The notes under the pieces: model-generated
The model's database searches: none
What the model saw: the letters and a program-made list of their open reading frames with translations, nothing else
Told to the model about the DNA's origin: nothing
Source of the DNA: an uncultured Anaeromusa sp.
GTDB lineage: Bacteria; Bacillota; Negativicutes; Anaeromusales; Anaeromusaceae
Assembly (NCBI GenBank): GCA_963676855.1
Contig: OY781460.1
Span: 1,495,520-1,527,519 of the forward strand
Direction: 5' to 3'
DNA: 32,000 nucleotides
In this document: piece by piece, positions 1-8,155 of the stretch
Position numbering within the stretch: position 1 is the stretch's first letter
Layout: each line of letters starts with the position of its first letter
Program-made: the position numbers and the translations under genes

Positions 1-2
1 TT

Positions 3-2756
3 TCAGGCCGGGCCGACGTGGCCTTGCAGCTTACTGGCAACTGGCGGCAGCCGCAGGGAGCATTGGAGCTGAAGGCTAGTTCCGGCGAACTGGCGGGAAT
101 GCCCTATGATTCGTTGTTCGCACAAGCTGATATTAGCGGTGATCGCCTGGAATTGAGGCAAGGCGCCTTGGTGCGGGGCAAAGCTGAGCACTTGCTGCGA
201 GGAAATTTGGAGTGGAGGGGCGAACGCAAGTTGGCCCTGGAAGTTATAAGCAAAGAAGCGCGTCTGGAGGAATTGCTGCCGGTAACAGGCATTGCGGCCT
301 TAGTAACGGGAAGATTGGAAAATACCATGCAGATCAGCGGCACCATGACGGCGCCTGTTGTGCATGGACAGTTTCTTTTACGTGATGGGTCTTTTCGTAC
401 GGAACCAGATGCAGTGCCCTATTTCTTTTCGCGTTTAAGCGGTAAATATGCTTTGCACGAAGATGGACGCATTGACTTAGATGAGCTACTGCTGAATATT
501 TTACGGGCTCGCCTTAGAGCAAAAGGTTCTATGGATGCGCAGGGGAACTTAGCGTTTCGGATAGAAGCTAACGACCTTGAGTTAGCGCAAATTCAGGTAC
601 ATTATCCCTACCAGGTGAAGGGATTGGTCAATTTTAACGGTACCGTTGGCGGCACAAGAAATCGGCCTACTTTTTCCGGCGACCTGTCTGTTCCTGAATT
701 AACCTTAAACGGGCAGAAGGTTCATAATGTAAAAAGTCATGTGGAGAGTATTGCTTCTTATGTAAACATACCGCAATTTTCCGCACAACTAGGCAAGGGA
801 ACTATTTCTTTTCATGGAGATGCTAATTTAGAAAATGGCGTGGTTGACGGTTTTCTAGAAGTCAAGCATAGTCAATTGGCTCAGTTGCTGCCTGTTTTAA
901 GCATTACCGACTCCGGCGTAGACGGGCGTTTGGACGGCGTTGTGCGCATTGGCGGCGAAGTTGGCGTACCTAGCTTGGATTTGCACGGCCATTTGCAAGA
1001 AGGACTGCTTAGAGGATATCCTGTGGAAGAAGCGGATATTCATGTCAGCCAAGTAGGCAGTTTGGTCACTATCCATCGTTTTGAGGCCAAACAAGGTATA
1101 AACGGCAAGCTGGTAGCGCAAGGGACGGCGGATTTGCAGGGAGAGTATCAGCTGGAAGTCGGCGGTACCGGATTGGATGCAGGCCTTTTGACAACCTGGT
1201 TTTTCCCAAAGCTTTCCGCCAAGGGGAATTTGGATTTTGTTGCTCAGTTGTCCGGACCAGCAGATAAGCCGTTTGTGAACTTATCGATAGGAGTCTCGAA
1301 AGGGATGTTTGGTGGCGTATCCTTTGATTCAGCTACAGCGCTCCTGTTGATTGATCAGAAAAAGATCGAAGTGGAACAGGCGGCATTGGTTAGCGGGCCG
1401 TACCGAGCTCGCGTCAGAGGGACCGTTCCGGTGGCGGCGTTACGAGGCGACGGCGTTGATGGCCCGATGGATTTGCGATTGAACTTGAACGAAGCTAATT
1501 TAGGCATGTTGCCGTTAATGCTGCCGCAAGTGGCGTGGGCGGAAGGACCAGTGGCTGGAGAAGTGCGTTTGGGCGGGACTTGGTCGCAGCCATTGTGGTA
1601 TGGCGAAGTGGAAGTACCTAAAGGCATTGTAAAGGTAAAAGGCTTAAAAGATCCTTTATCCGATGTCCATCTTAAATTGAATTTTGAAGGCACGACGCTG
1701 TCTTTGACCGATTTGCGTGGCCTTCTAGGCGGTGGCACGGTTGCGGCAACAGGACAAGCGCATTTGCAAGGGCGAGATCTTGTTGATTACCAAATGCAGC
1801 TGAACTTGGATAAAGCCAAGATCGATAGCGAATATTTTAAAGGACCTTTATCTGGAAAGATGCAATTGACCCCGGACCATGGCTCACCTAAGTTGAGCGG
1901 CGCTATCACGGTGGGCAAGGGCAACAGCATCAACATTCCTTTGGTGGATAGCAATACTTCTTGGAGCTGGGATTTGGGACTAGACGTGGACTTGCAAGTA
2001 GAGCGGGGGACTCGGTTATATAATCCGTTGTTGTATGATATGGAACTGGAAGGCGCCGTTCATGCCGGTGGTACGCTACAGGAGCCGCATCTGCAGGGAG
2101 AAGTGCATGCAACAAGAGGGACGGTGAAGTACTTGCGAACTCCCTTCAAGGTGAATGTGGCCAAGGCGGAATTTGGCCGCCGGGGAACTTTTTTGCCGGT
2201 GTTGCGTTTGAGGGCTACAACGATCTACCAGCAAAATCTTGTTTATCTAGGCATTACAGGGCCGGCGGAGAATATGGAATTGCAGCTTCGTTCGGAACCG
2301 GCGATGAGTCAAGATGAAATTATCAAAATGCTGACACTGCGTGGTCGAAATACAGGAATGGCCTCTGGCTCCGGCCGCCTCAACAGTTCTCTCGGTACGG
2401 AGCAGGTCTACAATCTTTTCAGCACCGGCTTGGAGGTTAGGCTGGTCAGCGATGTAGAAGATTCACTGCGCGACTTGTTGGGATTGGATGAATTTCGTAT
2501 GGTGCGGGGCTATGCTTTAGGCAACATATGGCTGACTCGCAAAGAAACAACGGAAGAGGATGTAGAGAAAAGCTACAATGTTCGTTTAGGCAAGTATTTG
2601 ACGCCGCAGCTATATATAACGTATACGACAAATCAGGATAGCAAGCTATATACATGGGAGGCCAAATACGAGTTGAACCGCAGGGTAAGCTTTTTCGCCG
2701 CTACCAATGAAGAAAAACGCAAAATTGTTGGCATTGAGACAAAAATCCGATTTTAA
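3..2756 (+). CDS. tamB: TamB-like translocation and assembly module protein, C-terminal >900 aa (5'-truncated by window edge)
   Basis: The reading frame is open back to nt 3, with no stop before the GTG at 18. The sequence is long, beta-rich and Gly/Val/Leu-rich with no TM segments. The C-terminal ~100 aa (..VRLGKYLTPQLYITYTTNQ..ETKIRF) resemble the DUF490/TamB C-terminal domain. It lies just upstream of bamA. Confidence 0.8.
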   Translation, partial: SGRADVALQLTGNWRQPQGALELKASSGELAGMPYDSLFAQADISGDRLELRQGALVRGKAEHLLRGNLEWRGERKLALEVISKEARLEELLPVTGIAALVTGRLENTMQISGTMTAPVVHGQFLLRDGSFRTEPDAVPYFFSRLSGKYALHEDGRIDLDELLLNILRARLRAKGSMDAQGNLAFRIEANDLELAQIQVHYPYQVKGLVNFNGTVGGTRNRPTFSGDLSVPELTLNGQKVHNVKSHVESIASYVNIPQFSAQLGKGTISFHGDANLENGVVDGFLEVKHSQLAQLLPVLSITDSGVDGRLDGVVRIGGEVGVPSLDLHGHLQEGLLRGYPVEEADIHVSQVGSLVTIHRFEAKQGINGKLVAQGTADLQGEYQLEVGGTGLDAGLLTTWFFPKLSAKGNLDFVAQLSGPADKPFVNLSIGVSKGMFGGVSFDSATALLLIDQKKIEVEQAALVSGPYRARVRGTVPVAALRGDGVDGPMDLRLNLNEANLGMLPLMLPQVAWAEGPVAGEVRLGGTWSQPLWYGEVEVPKGIVKVKGLKDPLSDVHLKLNFEGTTLSLTDLRGLLGGGTVAATGQAHLQGRDLVDYQMQLNLDKAKIDSEYFKGPLSGKMQLTPDHGSPKLSGAITVGKGNSINIPLVDSNTSWSWDLGLDVDLQVERGTRLYNPLLYDMELEGAVHAGGTLQEPHLQGEVHATRGTVKYLRTPFKVNVAKAEFGRRGTFLPVLRLRATTIYQQNLVYLGITGPAENMELQLRSEPAMSQDEIIKMLTLRGRNTGMASGSGRLNSSLGTEQVYNLFSTGLEVRLVSDVEDSLRDLLGLDEFRMVRGYALGNIWLTRKETTEEDVEKSYNVRLGKYLTPQLYITYTTNQDSKLYTWEAKYELNRRVSFFAATNEEKRKIVGIETKIRF

Positions 2757-2779
2757 GAAAAACGCAAAAATGATATACT
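2751..2779 (+). promoter_or_regulatory. Candidate sigma-A promoter with extended -10 (TGaTATACT at 2771-2779; weak -35 TTTTAA at 2751-2756, 17-nt spacer)
   Basis: The motif was read directly in the 72-nt AT-rich gap between the tamB stop and the sigma-factor RBS (GAGAGGAGGGG at 2815-2825). The -35 is poor, so the call rests on the TGn extension. Confidence 0.4.
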
Positions 2780-2828
2780 ATATAAAATATGACAAAATAG
2801 AGAATCACTGAGAGAGAGGAGGGGTGAC

Positions 2829-3461
2829 ATGAAAGCGTATTTAGAGGCGTTGCAGCAAGTGCGCCTTTTAGAGCCGGAAGAAGAAGGCCAGCTATGGAGA
2901 AAATGGCGGGAAGAGGATGATGACACCAGCCGCAAAGTGTTGATTGAAAGCTACCAGCCGTTGGTTTTCAAGACGGCCATGTCATTTCAAGTCTCTGCCG
3001 AATTGAAAATGGACTTGATTCAGGAAGGAACGGTAGGCTTGATTGAGGCTGCAGAGCGGTTTGACGCAAAACGCGGTGTCGCCTTTAGTCTGTTTGCCGT
3101 ACACCGTATTCGAGGCCGCATGCTCAATTACTTGGAGAAAGAAGGCCGCCAGACGGCTGCATCGATTGATTTGCCTTGGTTGGATGCGGGAGGAGCTACC
3201 TTAGCGGAGCAACTGTTAGATGCCGACCCGGAGGTAGCGATACAGGTGGAACAACGCTACTTAGTCGGGCGGGTGCAGCAGGCGTTAGAAAGGCTTCCGG
3301 CTAAGGAACAACAAGTGGTCAGTGGTATTTTTTTGCGGGATTGCGAAGCCAAAGAATTAGCAGAAGAATTAAATGTCACTCTTTCTCATATATATCGCTT
3401 GCAGAAGCAAGGAGTGCGCAGAATTCGCGGCATGCTTTCCCGCTTTATGCAGCATTGGTAA
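2829..3461 (+). CDS. Sigma-70 family RNA polymerase sigma factor (group-3 / FliA-like by eye)
   Basis: Strong RBS precedes the ATG at 2829. Region 2 is DLIQEGTVGLIEAAERFDAKRGVAFSLFAVHRIRGRMLNYL. The region 4 helix-turn-helix is AKELAEELNVTLSHIYRLQKQGVRRIR. Length is 210 aa. Confidence 0.85.
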   Translation: MKAYLEALQQVRLLEPEEEGQLWRKWREEDDDTSRKVLIESYQPLVFKTAMSFQVSAELKMDLIQEGTVGLIEAAERFDAKRGVAFSLFAVHRIRGRMLNYLEKEGRQTAASIDLPWLDAGGATLAEQLLDADPEVAIQVEQRYLVGRVQQALERLPAKEQQVVSGIFLRDCEAKELAEELNVTLSHIYRLQKQGVRRIRGMLSRFMQHW

Positions 3462-3625
3462 GGGAAAAGAAAAGCAGGAGGAAGGAAAGAAGTATATAAG
3501 CGGATTAATTTGATGCTAACTATTGTTTTTGCTTGTTTAACCTGTTTTTTTGCTTCTTTTTAAGAATTGGAAGAACTTTGCTTTTCTTGGACTGTATAGT
3601 CGTATATAAAGGCAGGTGTAAGAAG

Positions 3626-4177
3626 ATGCAATCAAAAACTCAGTTATGCCATCGTTTGGCAACCGCGCGGCAGTGGTTGCATCAAGCGGAAGAGTCTTTT
3701 GGAAAAAAACAAGAAATGCAAGGGGAGTTGAATTTGTTTTTAGCGCAGGCGGAACTGCAGCATGTGCGCGAAAGCAGAAAGCTTCCTTTTTGGCTGCAGT
3801 CGTGCTGGGGTTGGCAGGGAATGGCGATGGCGTTTGCTGTGTTATTGGTCCTATCAGCAGGTGCGGGCATTTTTTGGGCGGAACAAAATGCAGCCGTTTC
3901 TGCGGGAGCAGCAACAAAGAATCAGGTTCTTTCTACAAATACCAACTCGGAGAAGGCGCCGGCTACAGAACAACAGGTCGTATTCAACGGGGCCAAACAG
4001 CAGCAAACAGATACGGCTCCTGCTGTTCTTGCGAAGCCGAAGGCTGCAGCAATCATCCCGGAAGAGAAGCAAACGGAGGAAACGTCTAAATCGGCCAAAG
4101 CTGAAGCCGTTTCCCCGGAAGAAATGCAAAAAGCCCTGCGCGCCGCCGGTAAGGCGCTGCGCGGTGCTGGTCAATAG
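3626..4177 (+). CDS. Single-pass membrane protein with a helical N-terminus, one TM segment and a low-complexity Ala/Gln/Lys/Glu-rich exported tail; candidate anti-sigma factor
   Basis: I chose the ATG at 3626 because the 3533 start in the ORF track would translate a T-rich spacer. The TM segment is GMAMAFAVLLVLSAGAGIFWA. The gene sits directly after the sigma gene. It has no ZAS (HxxxCxxC) motif, so the functional call is positional only. Confidence 0.5.
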   Translation: MQSKTQLCHRLATARQWLHQAEESFGKKQEMQGELNLFLAQAELQHVRESRKLPFWLQSCWGWQGMAMAFAVLLVLSAGAGIFWAEQNAAVSAGAATKNQVLSTNTNSEKAPATEQQVVFNGAKQQQTDTAPAVLAKPKAAAIIPEEKQTEETSKSAKAEAVSPEEMQKALRAAGKALRGAGQ

Positions 4178-4195
4178 ACAGATAGGGGGACATAT

Positions 4196-6013
4196 ATGAA
4201 TAAGAAACAGAAATATGGCAAAATCCTTTTGGTAGCGTGTTTGTCAGGGGGACTTTGGATGGTTGATGGCGAGGTAGCCCAGGCGGCTACGGAGACGGTC
4301 GCTCCTGAGGCGGCAGCGCCTGCGGCACCGGCGGATTATACCGGCAGAACGATTAGCGCTGTGAAAATTCATGGCAATCAAGTAGTAAAAGACAATGAGT
4401 TACTGCCGTATATTCAAGTGAAGCCAGGAGATGCTTGGAAGGCGGCTTCCATTCAAAACGATCTGAAAGCATTATATGAAAGCGGTTGGTTTGCGGATGT
4501 GACGGCAACCTTTGTGGAAGCGCCAGAAGGCGTGCAGGTTGTCTATGTCTTGCGGGAAAATCCGGTGTTGAACAAGATTAATATTGTGGGCAATACCAAG
4601 ATAACGACAGACAAGTTGCGTGCGTTACTGACTGTGCCGGAAGGAAAGGTACTGAACGCGAAGCAACTACAAGATAATGCGGCAGCTATTGAAGAGCTGT
4701 ACAAAACCGAAGGATACATACTTGCTAAAGTCAGCGATCTCTCCTTGGACAAAGATGGCATATTGAAGGTCAGCATTAACGAAGGTATCGTGGAAGACAT
4801 TATTGTCAAAGGCAATGAAAAAACAAAAGGCTATGTAGTGACTCGGGAGATGAAGTTAAAGAAAAACGAGCCTTTTAACAGCAAACTGGCGAAACGAAGC
4901 TTGCAACGCATCTATAATCTGGGATTTTTCGAGGACGTTAACTTTAAACTCAACCCCGGGCGTGAACCCAATGCGGTAATTATCGAAATTGACGTAGTGG
5001 AGCAAAAAACTGGCGTCTTTACCATTGGTGCCGGTTACAGTAAAACAGACGGGACCATAGGAATCGTAGAAGTGGGCGATAATAATTTCCGTGGTACTGG
5101 CGATAAAATCAAGATTCATTGGGAAATTGGCGGTAAAGGCGCGAGCAACACGAATCGGAAAAACAGAAACTATGAGTTTAGCTACACACGGCCCTGGGTA
5201 GATGACAAGGAAACTTCCCTTAGCTTCACTATGTATGATATGACCAACGAGTACACAGATTATTACGATAACACGGATGCGAAACGTTCTACGTACGATA
5301 AGCGGCGCAAAGGGGTGGAAGTGACTTTGGGGCGGCCGGAAGGGGAATTTGTTCGTAATTATGTTACTCTGAAACATCGTACTGATACCTATATGGGCTA
5401 TGAAGAAGGTCCAATTAATTATGAAGCGACTAGCGGCTCTACCTATGATCCAGAGTTTAATGCTGCATATTTAGCGCGCAACTATGGTACAACAAACAGC
5501 GTAACGCTTCAACGTGTCTTTGACAATCGTGACAATATTTTCAATGCGACAGAAGGCCGGCGCTTCTCAGTGGCAAGCGAATTTGCCGGTTTAGGCGGTG
5601 ATTTCTCGTTTAAAAAGTACAGCTCAGAGCTGCGGACGTATCGTAAAGTAGGACGCGATCATGTGCTGGCTTTTCGCGGTATGGCTGGCTGGGCCAATGG
5701 CGATCTGCCTGACAGCCAACGCTTTTCTTTAGGCGGTTCAGACACATTGCGAGGTTATTTGGATGACCAGTTTAAGGGAAACAAGATGTGGGCGACAACT
5801 CTGGAATATCGTTTCCCCGTAGCTAAGAAAGTATATGGCGTAGTTTTCGGCGATGCTGGTCGGGCCTGGTCGGGCATCGGCGGCGATAACTCATGGAAAA
5901 AGAGCTTTGGTGTTGGTGTGCGCATGAATACGCCGCTGGGTGCTATTCGCTTGGATTATGGTAAAGGTAATGAAAGCGGTAGATTCCACTTCAGCTTTGG
6001 CGGACAGTTCTAA
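4196..6013 (+). CDS. bamA: Outer membrane protein assembly factor BamA (Omp85 family)
   Basis: RBS AGGGGGA precedes the start and a signal peptide is present (..VAQAATE). The N-terminal half shows POTRA-like repeats. The C-terminal barrel carries the RGY/RGF-type motif (DTLRGYLDDQF) and a terminal beta-signal (RFHFSFGGQF). Confidence 0.9.
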   Translation: MNKKQKYGKILLVACLSGGLWMVDGEVAQAATETVAPEAAAPAAPADYTGRTISAVKIHGNQVVKDNELLPYIQVKPGDAWKAASIQNDLKALYESGWFADVTATFVEAPEGVQVVYVLRENPVLNKINIVGNTKITTDKLRALLTVPEGKVLNAKQLQDNAAAIEELYKTEGYILAKVSDLSLDKDGILKVSINEGIVEDIIVKGNEKTKGYVVTREMKLKKNEPFNSKLAKRSLQRIYNLGFFEDVNFKLNPGREPNAVIIEIDVVEQKTGVFTIGAGYSKTDGTIGIVEVGDNNFRGTGDKIKIHWEIGGKGASNTNRKNRNYEFSYTRPWVDDKETSLSFTMYDMTNEYTDYYDNTDAKRSTYDKRRKGVEVTLGRPEGEFVRNYVTLKHRTDTYMGYEEGPINYEATSGSTYDPEFNAAYLARNYGTTNSVTLQRVFDNRDNIFNATEGRRFSVASEFAGLGGDFSFKKYSSELRTYRKVGRDHVLAFRGMAGWANGDLPDSQRFSLGGSDTLRGYLDDQFKGNKMWATTLEYRFPVAKKVYGVVFGDAGRAWSGIGGDNSWKKSFGVGVRMNTPLGAIRLDYGKGNESGRFHFSFGGQF

Positions 6014-7302
6014 TGAAGCGGCGGTTGCTGAAATTGTATTTGGGAGTGCTGGCACTGCTGTGGATAGGAATTCTTCCTGCATGGGCTGCTGAACCGGTCA
6101 TTTCCCAAACAATTGTTGTTGTCAGTGACGACAAGGGGCAGCCGCTGCCGTCTAGATTGGCTCTGCGCATTCAAGCCAGCGTTCACGCAGTAGCGGAACA
6201 AGTCCTGCAAGGACGGCCTGTGGCTGTGGTCGAGCCCAAACGAGCTGCTTACGAACGTATGGTTTGCGAAGTGTTTGACCGAATTTTGATTGGCTATTCC
6301 GTAGAAACAGCAAGCATTTCGCTGGGAGAAGAAACCACAATTTCTTTGCGTTTGACTCCGTGGGGCGATGTAGTGGAAACAACGGATTTGCTTTGGGATA
6401 ATAGTGGTTTTCCGCCACAAGGGCGTGAGGCGTTAAGGCCCAAGGTCGAAACGTTGAAAAAAGTAGTAGATGAAGTGCTCTTGGGAATGCCTATTGATGC
6501 AGCTGATTGGGGCGCAGGTTTGGTGCGTACCGTAGTGCGGGAGTGGTTCGAAGATCAATTGCCGGAGTTTCGGCCGGACGTAGAAGTGGCGGTTAGCAAA
6601 AAGACGCAGGTCAAGCTGACTATGACGCCGCAAGCGCCGCTGGTGCAAGCTTTGAAGGTCACTCTGCGTTCGCGCAGTTTGCCTAATGTATTGCTCTATA
6701 GCGTGCAAAAAGACTTGGAGCAGGAAAGCCAAGGGTGGCTTCAGTTGCCTGTCTCTTTTGTGGCTCGTCATGAGAAAGCGCTGGCGGAACAACTGCTGGC
6801 GAAGGCTGCTACCCATTCGTGGGTGAAGCAGATGGGATTGCAAATGCACTTAATAGAAGTGCGGGCAGGGCCGACAACCGAAGTGGTGCTGGACGCGGAA
6901 AGTCGTTATTATCGCATGTTTGCCGAAGGCTACTTGGATATGGGCAAGAAAAACGAGGCGACGCGAGTGCGTCTTCATGCCGGCTGGAAAGCGACGCCGC
7001 AAGGCGAGCTTTTTGTGGAAGGAGACTTTTTCCCCAATGACGTAAAGAATCGTTGGTATTCCGGATTGGGATGGCAAGTGTCTTCGCAGACGGAAGCGGG
7101 AGTAAAGTATAAGTTTCAGGATGGTGAGAAGATTATTTGGATGCGCCAGCAATTGGGCGGTCCGTGGAGCTTGCGCCTGGAGAGGTATGAAGATAAGCAT
7201 GACAGCGAGTTGGGAGTGCGCTATCGATTGCATGAATTTCTTAGCGCCGAATACGTACTTACGAATGAAGAACGCTGGCTGCGACTAATTGCGACTTTCT
7301 GA
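6013..7302 (+). CDS. Exported protein of unknown function (429 aa) with a signal peptide, three beta-alpha-alpha-beta-beta (POTRA-like) units and a short beta-rich C-terminus ending in Phe
   Basis: The ATG overlaps the bamA TAA by 1 nt (TAATG). The signal peptide is LLWIGILPAWAAEP. The last ~115 aa alternate hydrophobic and polar residues and end in WLRLIATF. No family is recognised. Confidence 0.75.
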   Translation: MKRRLLKLYLGVLALLWIGILPAWAAEPVISQTIVVVSDDKGQPLPSRLALRIQASVHAVAEQVLQGRPVAVVEPKRAAYERMVCEVFDRILIGYSVETASISLGEETTISLRLTPWGDVVETTDLLWDNSGFPPQGREALRPKVETLKKVVDEVLLGMPIDAADWGAGLVRTVVREWFEDQLPEFRPDVEVAVSKKTQVKLTMTPQAPLVQALKVTLRSRSLPNVLLYSVQKDLEQESQGWLQLPVSFVARHEKALAEQLLAKAATHSWVKQMGLQMHLIEVRAGPTTEVVLDAESRYYRMFAEGYLDMGKKNEATRVRLHAGWKATPQGELFVEGDFFPNDVKNRWYSGLGWQVSSQTEAGVKYKFQDGEKIIWMRQQLGGPWSLRLERYEDKHDSELGVRYRLHEFLSAEYVLTNEERWLRLIATF

Positions 7303-7312
7303 TCAGAAGTCG
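7292..7312 (+). other. Near-perfect palindrome/hairpin spanning the stop codon of the 429-aa ORF (CGACTTtCTGA|TCAGAAGTCG)
   Basis: Read directly from the sequence. The arms are complementary with one bulged T, and the TGA stop (7300-7302) lies at the centre. Confidence 0.5.
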
Positions 7313-7315
7313 TTG

Positions 7316-7452
7316 CTTTACTAACGACTCCCGCAAACTGGCTCTTTTTCCGTTAGATTTTCTCAGAAAGCCTCGGCAGAGCGCCGCTATGCCTGCGTTT
7401 TCTTCCGTATCTAACGAAAAAATTTCTTTCTTTGCGGGAGTGTTCGTTAAAG
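7316..7452 (+). repeat. Long nested inverted repeat (extended imperfect hairpin of about 135 nt)
   Basis: The outer pair is ACTCCCGCAAA (7327-7337) with TTTGCGGGAGT (7431-7441), 11/11 complementary. The inner pair is TTTTTC(C)GTTAGAT (7344-7358) with ATCTAACGAAAAA (7409-7421), 13 bp with one bulge. CTTTACT..CCCGC is shared with the repeat arm at 15539-15550. Confidence 0.6.
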
Positions 7453-7490
7453 CAGCGGCTCCTTGAAATTTGGGGTTGCTCCAGTAGTAT

Positions 7491-7540
7491 CTCATTCGTA
7501 CTCTCCTTTTATTCAAATCCCGTTCTTTCATCTTCTTTTC
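7491..7540 (+). repeat. Pyrimidine-rich 3'-arm copy of the intergenic repeat family
   Basis: CTCATTCGTACTCTCCTTTTATTC..CCCGTTCTTTCATCTTC aligns by eye with 15523-15570 (CTCATACGTACCCTCCCTTTACTC..CTCTTGTTCAATCTTC). Confidence 0.5.
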
Positions 7541-7569
7541 TTGAAAGGCGGCAGAGGCCCTGGTATAAT
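7541..7569 (+). promoter_or_regulatory. Strong sigma-A-type promoter: -35 TTGAAA (7541-7546), 17-nt spacer, extended -10 TGgTATAAT (7561-7569)
   Basis: Near-consensus hexamers with optimal spacing lie 39 nt upstream of the skp start and its RBS AGAGGAG. Confidence 0.65.
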
Positions 7570-7607
7570 AAAAAGTGAGTTCCAATTAAGAGAGGAGAAA
7601 CTTAAAA

Positions 7608-8078
7608 ATGATGAAATTAGAAAAACGTCAAATTCGTATGATTTCCCTGGCTATTGTAGCCTTCTTTGTACTCAGTGTGGTGGGTATTGCGGTGTCGCAG
7701 ACCGGCAGCGTAAGCCATGCAGCAGCAGCAGCTGGCTCCGGCAGCGTAGGAGTTGTCAATTATGATATGCTGGTATCGCAGCATCCGGACTATACGGTAG
7801 CGCAAAAATCCTTTGAAGACGAAGTAGCACTGGCTAAAAAGGATTTTGACGCTAAAGCGGCTACCATGAACGACAAAGAAAAACAAGATTACTACATGCA
7901 GATCCAAGAGCGCCTGCAGTTGAAAAAAGCTTCTCTCCTGGGAAGCGTTAACGACAAAGTGACTGCAGCGGTTAAGGCTGTGGCCGATGCCAAAGGGCTG
8001 GCTATTGTTATTGACAAAGGAAATGTTGTTTACGGCGGCCAGGACATTACCGATGAGGTTATCAAAAAATTCAAATAA
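7608..8078 (+). CDS. skp: Skp/OmpH-family periplasmic chaperone, paralog 1
   Basis: It has an N-terminal signal or anchor sequence. The OmpH-like layout runs from VGVVNYDMLVSQHP through a charged coiled-coil arm to the C-terminal GLAIVIDKGNVVYGGQDITDEVIKKF. Confidence 0.85.
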   Translation: MMKLEKRQIRMISLAIVAFFVLSVVGIAVSQTGSVSHAAAAAGSGSVGVVNYDMLVSQHPDYTVAQKSFEDEVALAKKDFDAKAATMNDKEKQDYYMQIQERLQLKKASLLGSVNDKVTAAVKAVADAKGLAIVIDKGNVVYGGQDITDEVIKKFK

Positions 8079-8086
8079 GACCTGTA

Positions 8087-8117
8087 GGCCGAGCCGATCT
8101 TTTGTTCGACTCGGTCC
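8087..8117 (+). other. Imperfect stem-loop directly after skp paralog 1
   Basis: GGCCGAGCCG (8087-8096) pairs with CGACTCGGTCC (8107-8117) over ~9 bp, with one bulge and one mismatch. No U-tract follows, so I do not call it a terminator. Confidence 0.35.
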
Positions 8118-8155
8118 TTCCTTACTATGAAAAGTCCAATTGGAGGAACTGAATC

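Noticed and set aside
3533-3625. N-terminal extensions proposed by the ORF track (3533, 9499, 11297, 12138, 14595, 19760, 30293).
   Set aside because: The extensions translate intergenic repeat arms or spacers (for example MFNLFFCFFLRIG and MYRSFRFSFFCILCVEEC). Internal ATG/GTG codons with good GGAGG-type RBSs coincide with the expected family N-termini.
3646-4199. Overlapping + and - strand ORFs across 3537-4199 (147, 145, 126 and 106 aa).
   Set aside because: They are alternative frames of a low-complexity, repeat-like coding region. Only the frame starting at 3626 gives a sensible TM segment and a plausible protein. The others are Arg/Cys-rich nonsense.
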